A DNA stretch of 64,000 bases from a virus (taxonomy: Duplodnaviria > Caudoviricetes): positions 1 through 64,000 of the IMG/VR virus record IMGVR_UViG_3300028797_000101; one strand, written 5' to 3'. Positions 17,464 through 25,198 of the stretch are shown piece after piece; the stretch's first letter is position 1, and every line of letters starts with the position of its first letter. Below the pieces are notes generated by a model. The model saw only the letters and a list, made by a program, of their open reading frames with translations. It ran no database searches and was not told where the DNA came from. The translations under genes were made by a program, and so were the position numbers.

Positions 17464-19134
17464 ATGAAACAATGTGTGTTGTGCGGAGAAATGTTTGAAC
17501 CTAAAAAGAATGCTCAGAAGATCTGCGAGAGGATTCACTATCGGGCTTGCAAAAACTGTGGAAAAGAGTTTGTTATTACTCGCCCATCTGCTTCTCAAAT
17601 GTGTTGCTCTAAAGCCTGTACTGCTGCTTTGAGAAAACAGACAATGCTATCTAGGTATGGCGTTGAACATGCTTTGCAGAGTGAGGAGTTTGTTCGTAAG
17701 TCTCAAGAGACATCTATGGAGCGGTATGGCGTCAAGAGTGCAATACAGAATAAAGAAATCTTGAAAGCAACACAGGATAAGTTTATAGAGAAATACGGTG
17801 TGTCTACACCTTTCTTGATGAAAGGCTTTTCTGAGAAATCTAAGACCACCTGTTTAGAAAAATACGGAGTAGAATTTACATCTCAGATTCCTGGACGAAC
17901 AGAGAAGATGCAAGCTACTAATCTTGAAAAGTATGGCTTTGTAGCACCTCTAGGCGATGCAAACATTCGCAGTAAATCATATCGAAACAAAAAGCACAAA
18001 AGTTCGCTAGAGATAAGACTACATCAGTTCCTCTCTGAGTACAATATCGAATATGCTTCAGAATACATCATAACTAAAGATGGTCTGACGCATGCATATG
18101 ATTGCTACATACCTAAATACAAAATATTAGTTGACTGTGATGGTACATACTATCATAGTTATTTAGATGATCCGGATGGAAAACAGGTTAGAGATGATTA
18201 TGATGAGGTTAGACTGCTTTTAGTACCTGACGATCATATCTTTCTGGTTATTGTAGAGTCTTCATTTGAATCTGGATTGAAGCAGCTTCAAGATACCATT
18301 CGTGGACTTGATGCAGGAGTGCTGAATCATGATACTAACCTATTTAACTGGTGTAGAACTGTGAGATTTCCATATCCTCATTTCAGCCTAGAACGTCTTA
18401 ACAAAGAATACAACAAACTGTGCTCATTGGAGTTAACCACCTACAATCCACATTGTAAAATAGGGCAGTCCATCATTCAGCATTTTCATCCATCTATCTA
18501 TCATTGTCATGTGAACGGAAAGGTTTCCCCTTATGACGGTTGGAATAATGATGACATTCTCAAGAAGTGCATCGCTAATCGTCTTATTTATCAGAATGAT
18601 GTGGATCCTTCAAAAGTACTTTATGGATTTACTGCATCTAAATTAGCACCGAAAGTTTCTGTATTCAATCCTGTATTGTCAAGATACTTAACACTCAAGT
18701 ACTTAAGTGAGTATTCAACTATTGTGGATCCGTTTTCAGGATTCTCTGGAAGAATGCTCGGAGTATGTTCAACAGGAAAACACTATATTGGAAGAGACTT
18801 GAATGAAACTTCTGTCAAGGAAACAAATGAAATCCAAGGATTCTTTAATCTGGCTGCTACAGTAAGCGTAGAAAACATATTGGATCATACCTCTAATGAA
18901 CCTGAGGTTTCTGCACTACTTACTTGCCCACCCTATGGGCACAAAGAAGTGTACGGAACTGAAACAGTATTCAAATCCTGTGATGAATGGATAGACGTCT
19001 GCTTAGAAAAATACAAGTGTAAAAGATGTGTGTTTGTTGTTGATGAAACCACAAAGTATTTAAATCACGTTGCAGAAGAAATCAAGCATTCTTCACATCT
19101 AAGTAACACAAAAGAACTGGTGATTGTTATCTAG
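17464..19134 (+). CDS. Zn-ribbon/YG-repeat Vsr-like endonuclease fused to an amino-DNA-methyltransferase domain
   Basis: Five [EK]YG[VF] repeats; SSLE...EY...YDCY...VDCDG.YYH nuclease motif; DPFSGFSGR (SAM-binding motif I) and TCPPY (motif IV). Confidence 0.7.
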   Translation: MKQCVLCGEMFEPKKNAQKICERIHYRACKNCGKEFVITRPSASQMCCSKACTAALRKQTMLSRYGVEHALQSEEFVRKSQETSMERYGVKSAIQNKEILKATQDKFIEKYGVSTPFLMKGFSEKSKTTCLEKYGVEFTSQIPGRTEKMQATNLEKYGFVAPLGDANIRSKSYRNKKHKSSLEIRLHQFLSEYNIEYASEYIITKDGLTHAYDCYIPKYKILVDCDGTYYHSYLDDPDGKQVRDDYDEVRLLLVPDDHIFLVIVESSFESGLKQLQDTIRGLDAGVLNHDTNLFNWCRTVRFPYPHFSLERLNKEYNKLCSLELTTYNPHCKIGQSIIQHFHPSIYHCHVNGKVSPYDGWNNDDILKKCIANRLIYQNDVDPSKVLYGFTASKLAPKVSVFNPVLSRYLTLKYLSEYSTIVDPFSGFSGRMLGVCSTGKHYIGRDLNETSVKETNEIQGFFNLAATVSVENILDHTSNEPEVSALLTCPPYGHKEVYGTETVFKSCDEWIDVCLEKYKCKRCVFVVDETTKYLNHVAEEIKHSSHLSNTKELVIVI

Positions 19135-19244
19135 TTTATTCGTTATCATGTTGTAAGAATATTTATTATTTTATGAAACATATCAACCTTCAATATACAT
19201 TGAGGGCAAGTAAATCCAATCTAGAACGAAAGGGAGGCATCAAC

Positions 19245-19571
19245 ATGAAGAAATATTTGAAAGTATCTGATCAATGTACTGACGAAGTAGATGAGGTAAA
19301 TACATGTACTCAGGCAGAACCTGGAAGAGAAAGCAAGCTGAAGGTTCAAGCTTCTACATCGTTGTTCTACGATAATGATACAGCAAGAGATACATTTATG
19401 TCTGCAATACAGAAGGGGATAATAAGCGAAGAAGAAGCTATCAATATGCTTGTCGATTTCATAGGAACTAAGACTGCAATTTCTTCTCTGTTGTATGATG
19501 TGGGTGCGGATGATATAGAGGACATGTTTGATGCAGAAGGGCTCATGGATAAATTAGATCAACCTGAGTGA
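19245..19571 (+). CDS. Tagged hypothetical protein (MKKYLKVS...KVQAS)
   Basis: Start reassigned to ATG 19245 after GGAGG. Confidence 0.7.
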   Translation: MKKYLKVSDQCTDEVDEVNTCTQAEPGRESKLKVQASTSLFYDNDTARDTFMSAIQKGIISEEEAINMLVDFIGTKTAISSLLYDVGADDIEDMFDAEGLMDKLDQPE

Positions 19572-19614
19572 TATGCTGCCACTGATTTTGTAAAACATTT
19601 TCGGAGGATAAACC

Positions 19615-19950
19615 ATGAAGAAGTTGATACTCAGTGCTCAATCGAACAAATCGTTGTATAAGTACGCGGGTATTGTCCGCATAAGAGATGAGAAAGTGGA
19701 AGATAACAAAGTGCTTCATACAAGAGCGATGTCTACTAAGGAAGCGGCGAATAATTTCAGATGGCAGATCGCTAATGCTAGAAATGTCCGCTATGCTGAT
19801 GTGTTTATAGATGTGTCTAAAATCACTGAGATTGACGAAGATGTGCCTGTTTCATATACACCGGCTAAACTTACATGTGATAGGTGTGGAACAAGACTTA
19901 CAGATTCTGGAGAGTGCCCTGTATGTGATTTAGGCGAAGAAGATATTTAG
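19615..19950 (+). CDS. Tagged protein with C-terminal Zn-ribbon (MKKLILSA)
   Basis: CDRCG...CPVCD. Confidence 0.7.
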   Translation: MKKLILSAQSNKSLYKYAGIVRIRDEKVEDNKVLHTRAMSTKEAANNFRWQIANARNVRYADVFIDVSKITEIDEDVPVSYTPAKLTCDRCGTRLTDSGECPVCDLGEEDI

Positions 19951-19957
19951 AATAACA

Positions 19958-19993
19958 GGGCTGAGATGTCAATGATCTCAGCCTCTATTTTTG
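19958..19993 (+). terminator. Intrinsic terminator
   Basis: GGGCTGAGAT...ATCTCAGCCT plus CTATTTTT. Confidence 0.7.
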
Positions 19994-20042
19994 AATGGTC
20001 ATGTTCAATAACAATGATGCAAATACAAGGAGGATACTTGTC

Positions 20043-20354
20043 ATGAAAAGATATGTACGTGCAGCTACTTTATCATTTGAAAAACAGGAAGGGTTGGGAC
20101 TTAATGCTCCTGTTTTGAAATTATCTAATGGGGATGAGGTGAAGTTAACCGTGTCTGCTTCTGACCGAGGCTATGATATTAAAAATCTAGATGCAGCTGC
20201 AGATGTAGATGAACATTTTGTAGAGAGTTTTGACCTACATGGTGTAGGCGGAAAGAAATATAAAGTAACCAGAGAGGTTACAATCTATAACAAAAACGCT
20301 AAAGTTAGAGGCGGCAGATTCAAATCAAAGATCGTTAAAGTAGAAGAGATCTAA
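20043..20354 (+). CDS. Tagged hypothetical protein (MKRYVRAA)
   Basis: Start reassigned to ATG 20043 after AGGAGG. Confidence 0.75.
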   Translation: MKRYVRAATLSFEKQEGLGLNAPVLKLSNGDEVKLTVSASDRGYDIKNLDAAADVDEHFVESFDLHGVGGKKYKVTREVTIYNKNAKVRGGRFKSKIVKVEEI

Positions 20355-20386
20355 GATACTCTTTAGAAAGGATCAGGTTTGATACA

Positions 20387-20896
20387 ATGAAAATGTATAT
20401 TAAGTCTCAAAAGTACATTTACGCAATGTCTACTGAACGAAAAAAGTTCATCAAACAATTAGAATCATGGGAAGAAGAACTTACTGAGCACATTGCAAAA
20501 TGTGTAATGTATGGAGATTCTCTAGGTGTTAACAAATACAATCATTGGATTGAGCACGAAATCGCAACCTGGTTAAATGATGCCAATGATACATTAGTTA
20601 AACCTTCTAACAAGAAGCTGAAACCTAGGGATTATGCATCTACTTTGTTTGCAGGATTAGGCACAGATAGAGTAGACGCTCGAGTAGTATTGCACGATCT
20701 TCAAAGAATGAATCATAAGTCGGCAGAACCTTATCCAGATGTTGATGTAGATTCTGCGATGATAGAAAGAATGTTTCAAGCAAGCAATTCTATTGTTAAG
20801 ACATTCTTACCTATTCTTAGTAGTGTTAACTCTTTATCTAAAGAGGATATTGAACGTAAGTTACATGAAGTTCTGGATCCAATCTGTTTGAAATAG
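20387..20896 (+). CDS. Tagged helical protein (MKMYIKSQKYIYAM)
   Basis: Tag; EHIAK...Y...HW...EI motif loosely DUF29-like. Confidence 0.65.
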   Translation: MKMYIKSQKYIYAMSTERKKFIKQLESWEEELTEHIAKCVMYGDSLGVNKYNHWIEHEIATWLNDANDTLVKPSNKKLKPRDYASTLFAGLGTDRVDARVVLHDLQRMNHKSAEPYPDVDVDSAMIERMFQASNSIVKTFLPILSSVNSLSKEDIERKLHEVLDPICLK

Positions 20897-20934
20897 TAAG
20901 ATTCGTTATTTAATACACAGGAGGATAACTATTC

Positions 20935-21165
20935 ATGAAAACACTTAAAACAACATTTGGCGCAGAACTAACGTTCTATGAGATATCTGATTTCAAAGTA
21001 GGAATGAAAGTAGAATTAGGTCGTCAGGTAACACCTCATTATTTAGAAAACGACATCGTTACAATTGTACGTGTCAACAAACAGACCATTTCTGTTGTAA
21101 ATGACAAGTATCCGGGCGAACGATTCTCTGTTTCACCTTATGCGGTGAAAAACATTCTAGAATAA
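20935..21165 (+). CDS. Small beta-barrel (KOW/SH3-like) hypothetical protein
   Basis: FKVGMKV...TIVRVNKQTISV pattern; SD AGGAGG. Confidence 0.55.
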   Translation: MKTLKTTFGAELTFYEISDFKVGMKVELGRQVTPHYLENDIVTIVRVNKQTISVVNDKYPGERFSVSPYAVKNILE

Positions 21166-21179
21166 GTGAGGAATCTACT

Positions 21180-21656
21180 ATGCAGAAGATTTGTAAGGAG
21201 TGCGGTGAGGTATTTGAAGCAACTTCCGCTAAGCAGCAGTATTGCACAAAACTTCATTTTAGACCATGCCCTGTTTGTGGAAAATTAGTACCTGCAAAGT
21301 ATCTAAGTGATCCTGCAAGGTGTTGTTCCAAAGAATGTAGCTCCAAAAGATCTTCTGCTAAGAAACTTATTCTTCCGAAATCCACAGCTATTCTGCAAGA
21401 GAGCAAGGAAGATTTCATCACGCCTGATGATGCGTTTCTTGTGCTCGTGGATGCCGGATCTGTATCCTTCAGAGGAACCTACGTAGGTCCGTCCACTTGC
21501 GGATTCATCAAGGATCATACTTATGATGTATCTGTAACCAGAAACGCGCCATACTACGAAGTAACAGCTAACAGAGATGTTACTACAGATGCTTCCGTAA
21601 AGCATATGATCTATCTGAGCAGTCTTATTTCAGTTAAACACTACTTTTCAGTGTAA
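21180..21656 (+). CDS. Zn-ribbon protein
   Basis: CKECG..F...Q.YC...H.R.CPVCGK...CCSKEC module shared with both endonuclease fusions. Confidence 0.65.
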   Translation: MQKICKECGEVFEATSAKQQYCTKLHFRPCPVCGKLVPAKYLSDPARCCSKECSSKRSSAKKLILPKSTAILQESKEDFITPDDAFLVLVDAGSVSFRGTYVGPSTCGFIKDHTYDVSVTRNAPYYEVTANRDVTTDASVKHMIYLSSLISVKHYFSV

Positions 21657-21723
21657 GGAAATACACAATCCGTAAAAATTTATACAAATTAACAATGAAA
21701 TTTATAAGGATCTAGGAGGAACT

Positions 21724-21926
21724 ATGAAATTAAAAAAGATTTAGTCAGGATTAAGAAATTTTATGATAGCAATCCTGACTTCAAATGCTATGTAGATAAG
21801 TATATGACAACACGTCACATCTCTCAAGATAAACTGGAGGAAGTGCTCCAGCATGTAATTGTCCGTGATTACGCAGAGTACATAGAAGAAACTTCGAGAG
21901 AGGTAACACATGATGGCGACATTTGA
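21724..21926 (+). CDS. Small protein split by a -1 frameshift at A_AAA_AAG (programmed, or a homopolymer lesion)
   Basis: GGAGG-ATG AAA TTA AAA AAG ATT TAG; the -1 frame continues DLVRIKKFYDSNPDFKCYVDKY...DGDI*. Confidence 0.5.
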
Positions 21927-22620
21927 ATCTCAACCGACACTTGCACCAGGTTCTTATTTACTTTCTAGACAAGGGAAAGTAACACCCGTGCGTATGCACG
22001 TACCTTCTACAACATATCAAGACAGAGGTATCTTTCATCTATCTTGTGTAGACGCTCAGTTCCTATATGATACCAGAAGGATTGATGAAAAAGATGCAGC
22101 GATCATCGCAAAATACTGCTTTCATGAATTCCTAAAAGACAAATTGCATAAGGGCAAAGATTACACTCCTGGAGTTATAGACTTCTCTCAGTTTCATAAA
22201 TATGGAGAGCTTTCGTATGCTCCAAGGATTTCGCAGATTCTCAATAAAACATACTACACTGATCCTACATTGTCTGAAGCAGAGATTGCTAGATTTGAAT
22301 ATCTTGATACATTGTGGTACGACTTCTTGTCTCAGATGTATGTGAAGATTTCAGTATTCGAGCATTCTGTAGAATTCCGGATCTGCAGCAACGACAACTT
22401 CGACTGGAATTCTGCTATCATTGATGATGTGCTGCTGACATACACGTTCCCATACAACACAAAATTTACTATACTGAAATCATATGGAACTACGTTCCTG
22501 GCGTACTTTATGAATGCATCGCTTTCAGAAATACTAGAAACTGATCACGTAGTACTAAGCACTACACAGCTAACTAGGATGCAGAACAGGAACGGAGTAT
22601 CTTATGAAAGAGTAAAATAA
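21910..22620 (+). CDS. Hypothetical protein
   Basis: 236-aa ORF with SD GAGGT. Confidence 0.65.
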   Translation: MMATFESQPTLAPGSYLLSRQGKVTPVRMHVPSTTYQDRGIFHLSCVDAQFLYDTRRIDEKDAAIIAKYCFHEFLKDKLHKGKDYTPGVIDFSQFHKYGELSYAPRISQILNKTYYTDPTLSEAEIARFEYLDTLWYDFLSQMYVKISVFEHSVEFRICSNDNFDWNSAIIDDVLLTYTFPYNTKFTILKSYGTTFLAYFMNASLSEILETDHVVLSTTQLTRMQNRNGVSYERVK

Positions 22621-22644
22621 TTTTTACCAATTTGGAAAAAGTTC

Positions 22645-22673
22645 TTGACTTTTCATGGATATCCGTCTATAAT
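22645..22673 (+). promoter_or_regulatory. Host sigmaA/sigma70-type promoter
   Basis: TTGACT-17 bp-TATAAT with A/T-rich upstream region. Confidence 0.85.
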
Positions 22674-22745
22674 AATACTTAACACAACATATGCGTTTTC
22701 CACATTCCACCACATCAACAGTTCAATAGAACAGGAGGATATCTT

Positions 22746-24038
22746 ATGAAACAGTATAAAATTCTTGAAGCCAACATGGACCGCCTCACCAAGAAGCTCG
22801 ACACTATTCGCAGAAAATGTCAGAAGTACGGATGCGATTTCTACTTCAACGTAGTCGACACTTGTTATCAGGATGTCAAGCTTGACGACGGATCCATCAT
22901 TACTGCTAAGTACGACATCGTCGAAGCTGAAGGAACTGCTGTCATCAACAATTGGAAGTTCGTTGGTACTATCGAGCATCATGCAGAAGGTAACATCATT
23001 CGCAATTCCACCGATCTTGTAATCCCTATTCGTTATTACAACGCGCCTTGTGTCTGCGAGCATTGCAACAAGATTCGCCCTCGTAAGGACACCTATCTCG
23101 TATACAACGAAGAGACGAAGGAATTCAAGCAAGTCGGGCACACCTGCCTTCAGGATTTTACTTCCGGTATGAGTGCTGAGCTTGTAGCACAGTACATCGC
23201 ATTATTCGATGTGCTCATTCAGGGAGATGCTCCTGTTCCCGGAGGATATGTAGAATCCTACTTCGAGTTAGAGGACGTCCTCTGCTACGCGTTAGAGCTC
23301 TGCAAGCACTTCGGTTACATCAAGAATGATTTTGAACTTGCTCCCGAACACACCACCAAAGAAATGACGCTGGATTGCCTGGACAGATTCCAGAGAGGTC
23401 GTAAGAACAGATACAATGAATACCTTGAGGATCTTCTTCCTGCTAACTTTGTTGCTTACAGCGAAGAGAACAAGCAGAAGACTCAGGACATCTTGAACTA
23501 CTTCAAGAACGCCGATGATTCCTCTTCGGATTATATTCACAATCTTAAGATCCTCGCTTCTGAAGGATGCACGTCAGCTAAAAATCTCGGTTATTCAGTA
23601 TCCATGGTGCCTACCTATCGTCGAGAGGTAGAGAAGATTGAAGCTGCAGCTAAAAGGGAAAAGGATCACAACGCAGAGGCAGAAGCTTCTCAGTTCGTCG
23701 GCAAAGTAGGCGATAAGCTCTCTATCAACGTAGCATCTGCAACTTGTGTTTACTCTTCCGAGTCGATGTACGGTATGCAGTACCTCTACAAGTTCGTTGG
23801 AACAGATAACAACGTGTACATGTGGTCGACATCTAATTGGATCGAAGATACAGACCGAGTTGAATCCGTGAAAGGTTCTGTAAAGAATCACGAGGAGTTT
23901 CGAGGTGTGAAGCAGACGATCTTAACTAGATGCAAAGTTGTTCTCAAACCTGAACCTAAAAAGGAAGAGCAGAAGGCTCCCGGTAGTTCAGAAGTAGCGG
24001 ACGCAGTTGCAGATTTCCTTCAGTACTGCAACGCATGA
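22746..24038 (+). CDS. Putative early protein with CxxC and C-terminal OB-fold-like domain
   Basis: CEHC...R.R...VG..C motif; FVGKVGDK...YG...YKF...G.VK.H.EF.G.KQT.LTR C-terminus; C-ending codon bias. Confidence 0.6.
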   Translation: MKQYKILEANMDRLTKKLDTIRRKCQKYGCDFYFNVVDTCYQDVKLDDGSIITAKYDIVEAEGTAVINNWKFVGTIEHHAEGNIIRNSTDLVIPIRYYNAPCVCEHCNKIRPRKDTYLVYNEETKEFKQVGHTCLQDFTSGMSAELVAQYIALFDVLIQGDAPVPGGYVESYFELEDVLCYALELCKHFGYIKNDFELAPEHTTKEMTLDCLDRFQRGRKNRYNEYLEDLLPANFVAYSEENKQKTQDILNYFKNADDSSSDYIHNLKILASEGCTSAKNLGYSVSMVPTYRREVEKIEAAAKREKDHNAEAEASQFVGKVGDKLSINVASATCVYSSESMYGMQYLYKFVGTDNNVYMWSTSNWIEDTDRVESVKGSVKNHEEFRGVKQTILTRCKVVLKPEPKKEEQKAPGSSEVADAVADFLQYCNA

Positions 24039-24058
24039 TCAACACATATTCGAGAAAG

Positions 24059-24093
24059 ATAAGGTTCTGATCAAAACCTGGTCAGAACCTTAT
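24059..24093 (+). terminator. Hairpin whose 3' arm contains the AACCTTATATA motif
   Basis: ATAAGGTTCTGATCA...TGGTCAGAACCTTAT. Confidence 0.55.
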
Positions 24094-24142
24094 ATATTGT
24101 AGTCACAAAAATCCATCTAAAACTGTTAGGAGGAAAACAAAC

Positions 24143-24961
24143 ATGGCTTTATCAGAAAAGATCGAGCTCTTGGGAAAAGGTCTGTATACAGATATCCCAA
24201 ATGAACTCACACTCAAAAGTATCCCCACCGCTTCAGAACTTGAGTATGTAGGAAGTGAAGATTTTGAAGCTACTATGGTAGAAAAGATCCTACCTCAAGC
24301 GATTGAAGAACAAATTGATTTCAAAAAACTTTTAGAAATCGACTTCTATTGGATCTGCAGATGTCTTCGTATTCTCAATTACGGACCGTATCACACAACT
24401 AATGCCATCTTCTGTAGTAAATGTGGAAAAACTTCATACGGCGAGTACAGCGTTAGCTTGATGACAGTAGGATGCAAGCCGCTGCCTGCAGGTTTTGTCA
24501 ATGACATCGTAGTAACAAAAGATGAGTTCATCGAGTTCGATGGAGATGTTCATCTCAAGTTACCTACCATTCAGGACATGCTCAATGTAAAGAAGGACAA
24601 AGCGTTTCAGACCGCTTCCGGCAATCCTAACTTGGAACTCGGAAGATTGTGCTACATGATCAAGTCCATCAAAGGCAAGTCTAACTTAACACCTCTTGAA
24701 ATCAAGATGATGTTACTTAGAGAGCTGTGTGATGCAGATTACAGAGTACTGAAGGACGTTGTATCTGATCTAACAGATTACGGTCTTCGAGCTGCCGGTA
24801 CATGTCAGTGCCCTAATTGCTTAGACAAGGACGCAGCATATCTCGCTCTGGTGAATGATAAATTTTTTCGTCCGACCCTGGGAGATTTACGGAACTGGAA
24901 ACACGATAGAAGTTCAGGGACAACTCAAAACTTATCAGCAAGTTCGACAACAGCTGTATGA
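24143..24961 (+). CDS. Baseplate hub/tail assembly chaperone (T4 gp26-like)
   Basis: L...G..Y...L...D...LR...YG...CxxC...LPT..D...CxCPxC...FFRP pattern; immediately upstream of the tape measure gene. Confidence 0.65.
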   Translation: MALSEKIELLGKGLYTDIPNELTLKSIPTASELEYVGSEDFEATMVEKILPQAIEEQIDFKKLLEIDFYWICRCLRILNYGPYHTTNAIFCSKCGKTSYGEYSVSLMTVGCKPLPAGFVNDIVVTKDEFIEFDGDVHLKLPTIQDMLNVKKDKAFQTASGNPNLELGRLCYMIKSIKGKSNLTPLEIKMMLLRELCDADYRVLKDVVSDLTDYGLRAAGTCQCPNCLDKDAAYLALVNDKFFRPTLGDLRNWKHDRSSGTTQNLSASSTTAV

Positions 24962-25130
24962 AAACATAATAGATGAAGCTCTCTTTATCTCTAGAGCTTC
25001 AGAAGGCGCAGTTTCTGCTGAATGGATAATGAATCAGCCTATATTCATACGAAAACGCTATGTTGAATCTTTTACCAAAGAGCTGAAAGAACGTGAGAAA
25101 TCATTGAAGCAATCTTCGCGTAAATCTTAA
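24855..25130 (+). CDS. Small tail/baseplate assembly protein, overlapping in the +1 frame
   Basis: LYENIIDE..FI.......S.EWIMNQPIFIRKRY pattern, position before the tape measure gene; start uncertain. Confidence 0.5.
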   Translation: MINFFVRPWEIYGTGNTIEVQGQLKTYQQVRQQLYENIIDEALFISRASEGAVSAEWIMNQPIFIRKRYVESFTKELKEREKSLKQSSRKS

Positions 25131-25198
25131 AAAGACTTTGGAAAGCAGGGTTGATGATACACTTGTCAATCCTGCTTATTTTATTTGGAGGTTCTAGT

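Noticed and set aside
9012-19980. Shared TGAnATnTCAATGATCTCA at ~9012 and ~19962
   Set aside because: Two copies only; one is part of a terminator stem-loop; insufficient to call an operator
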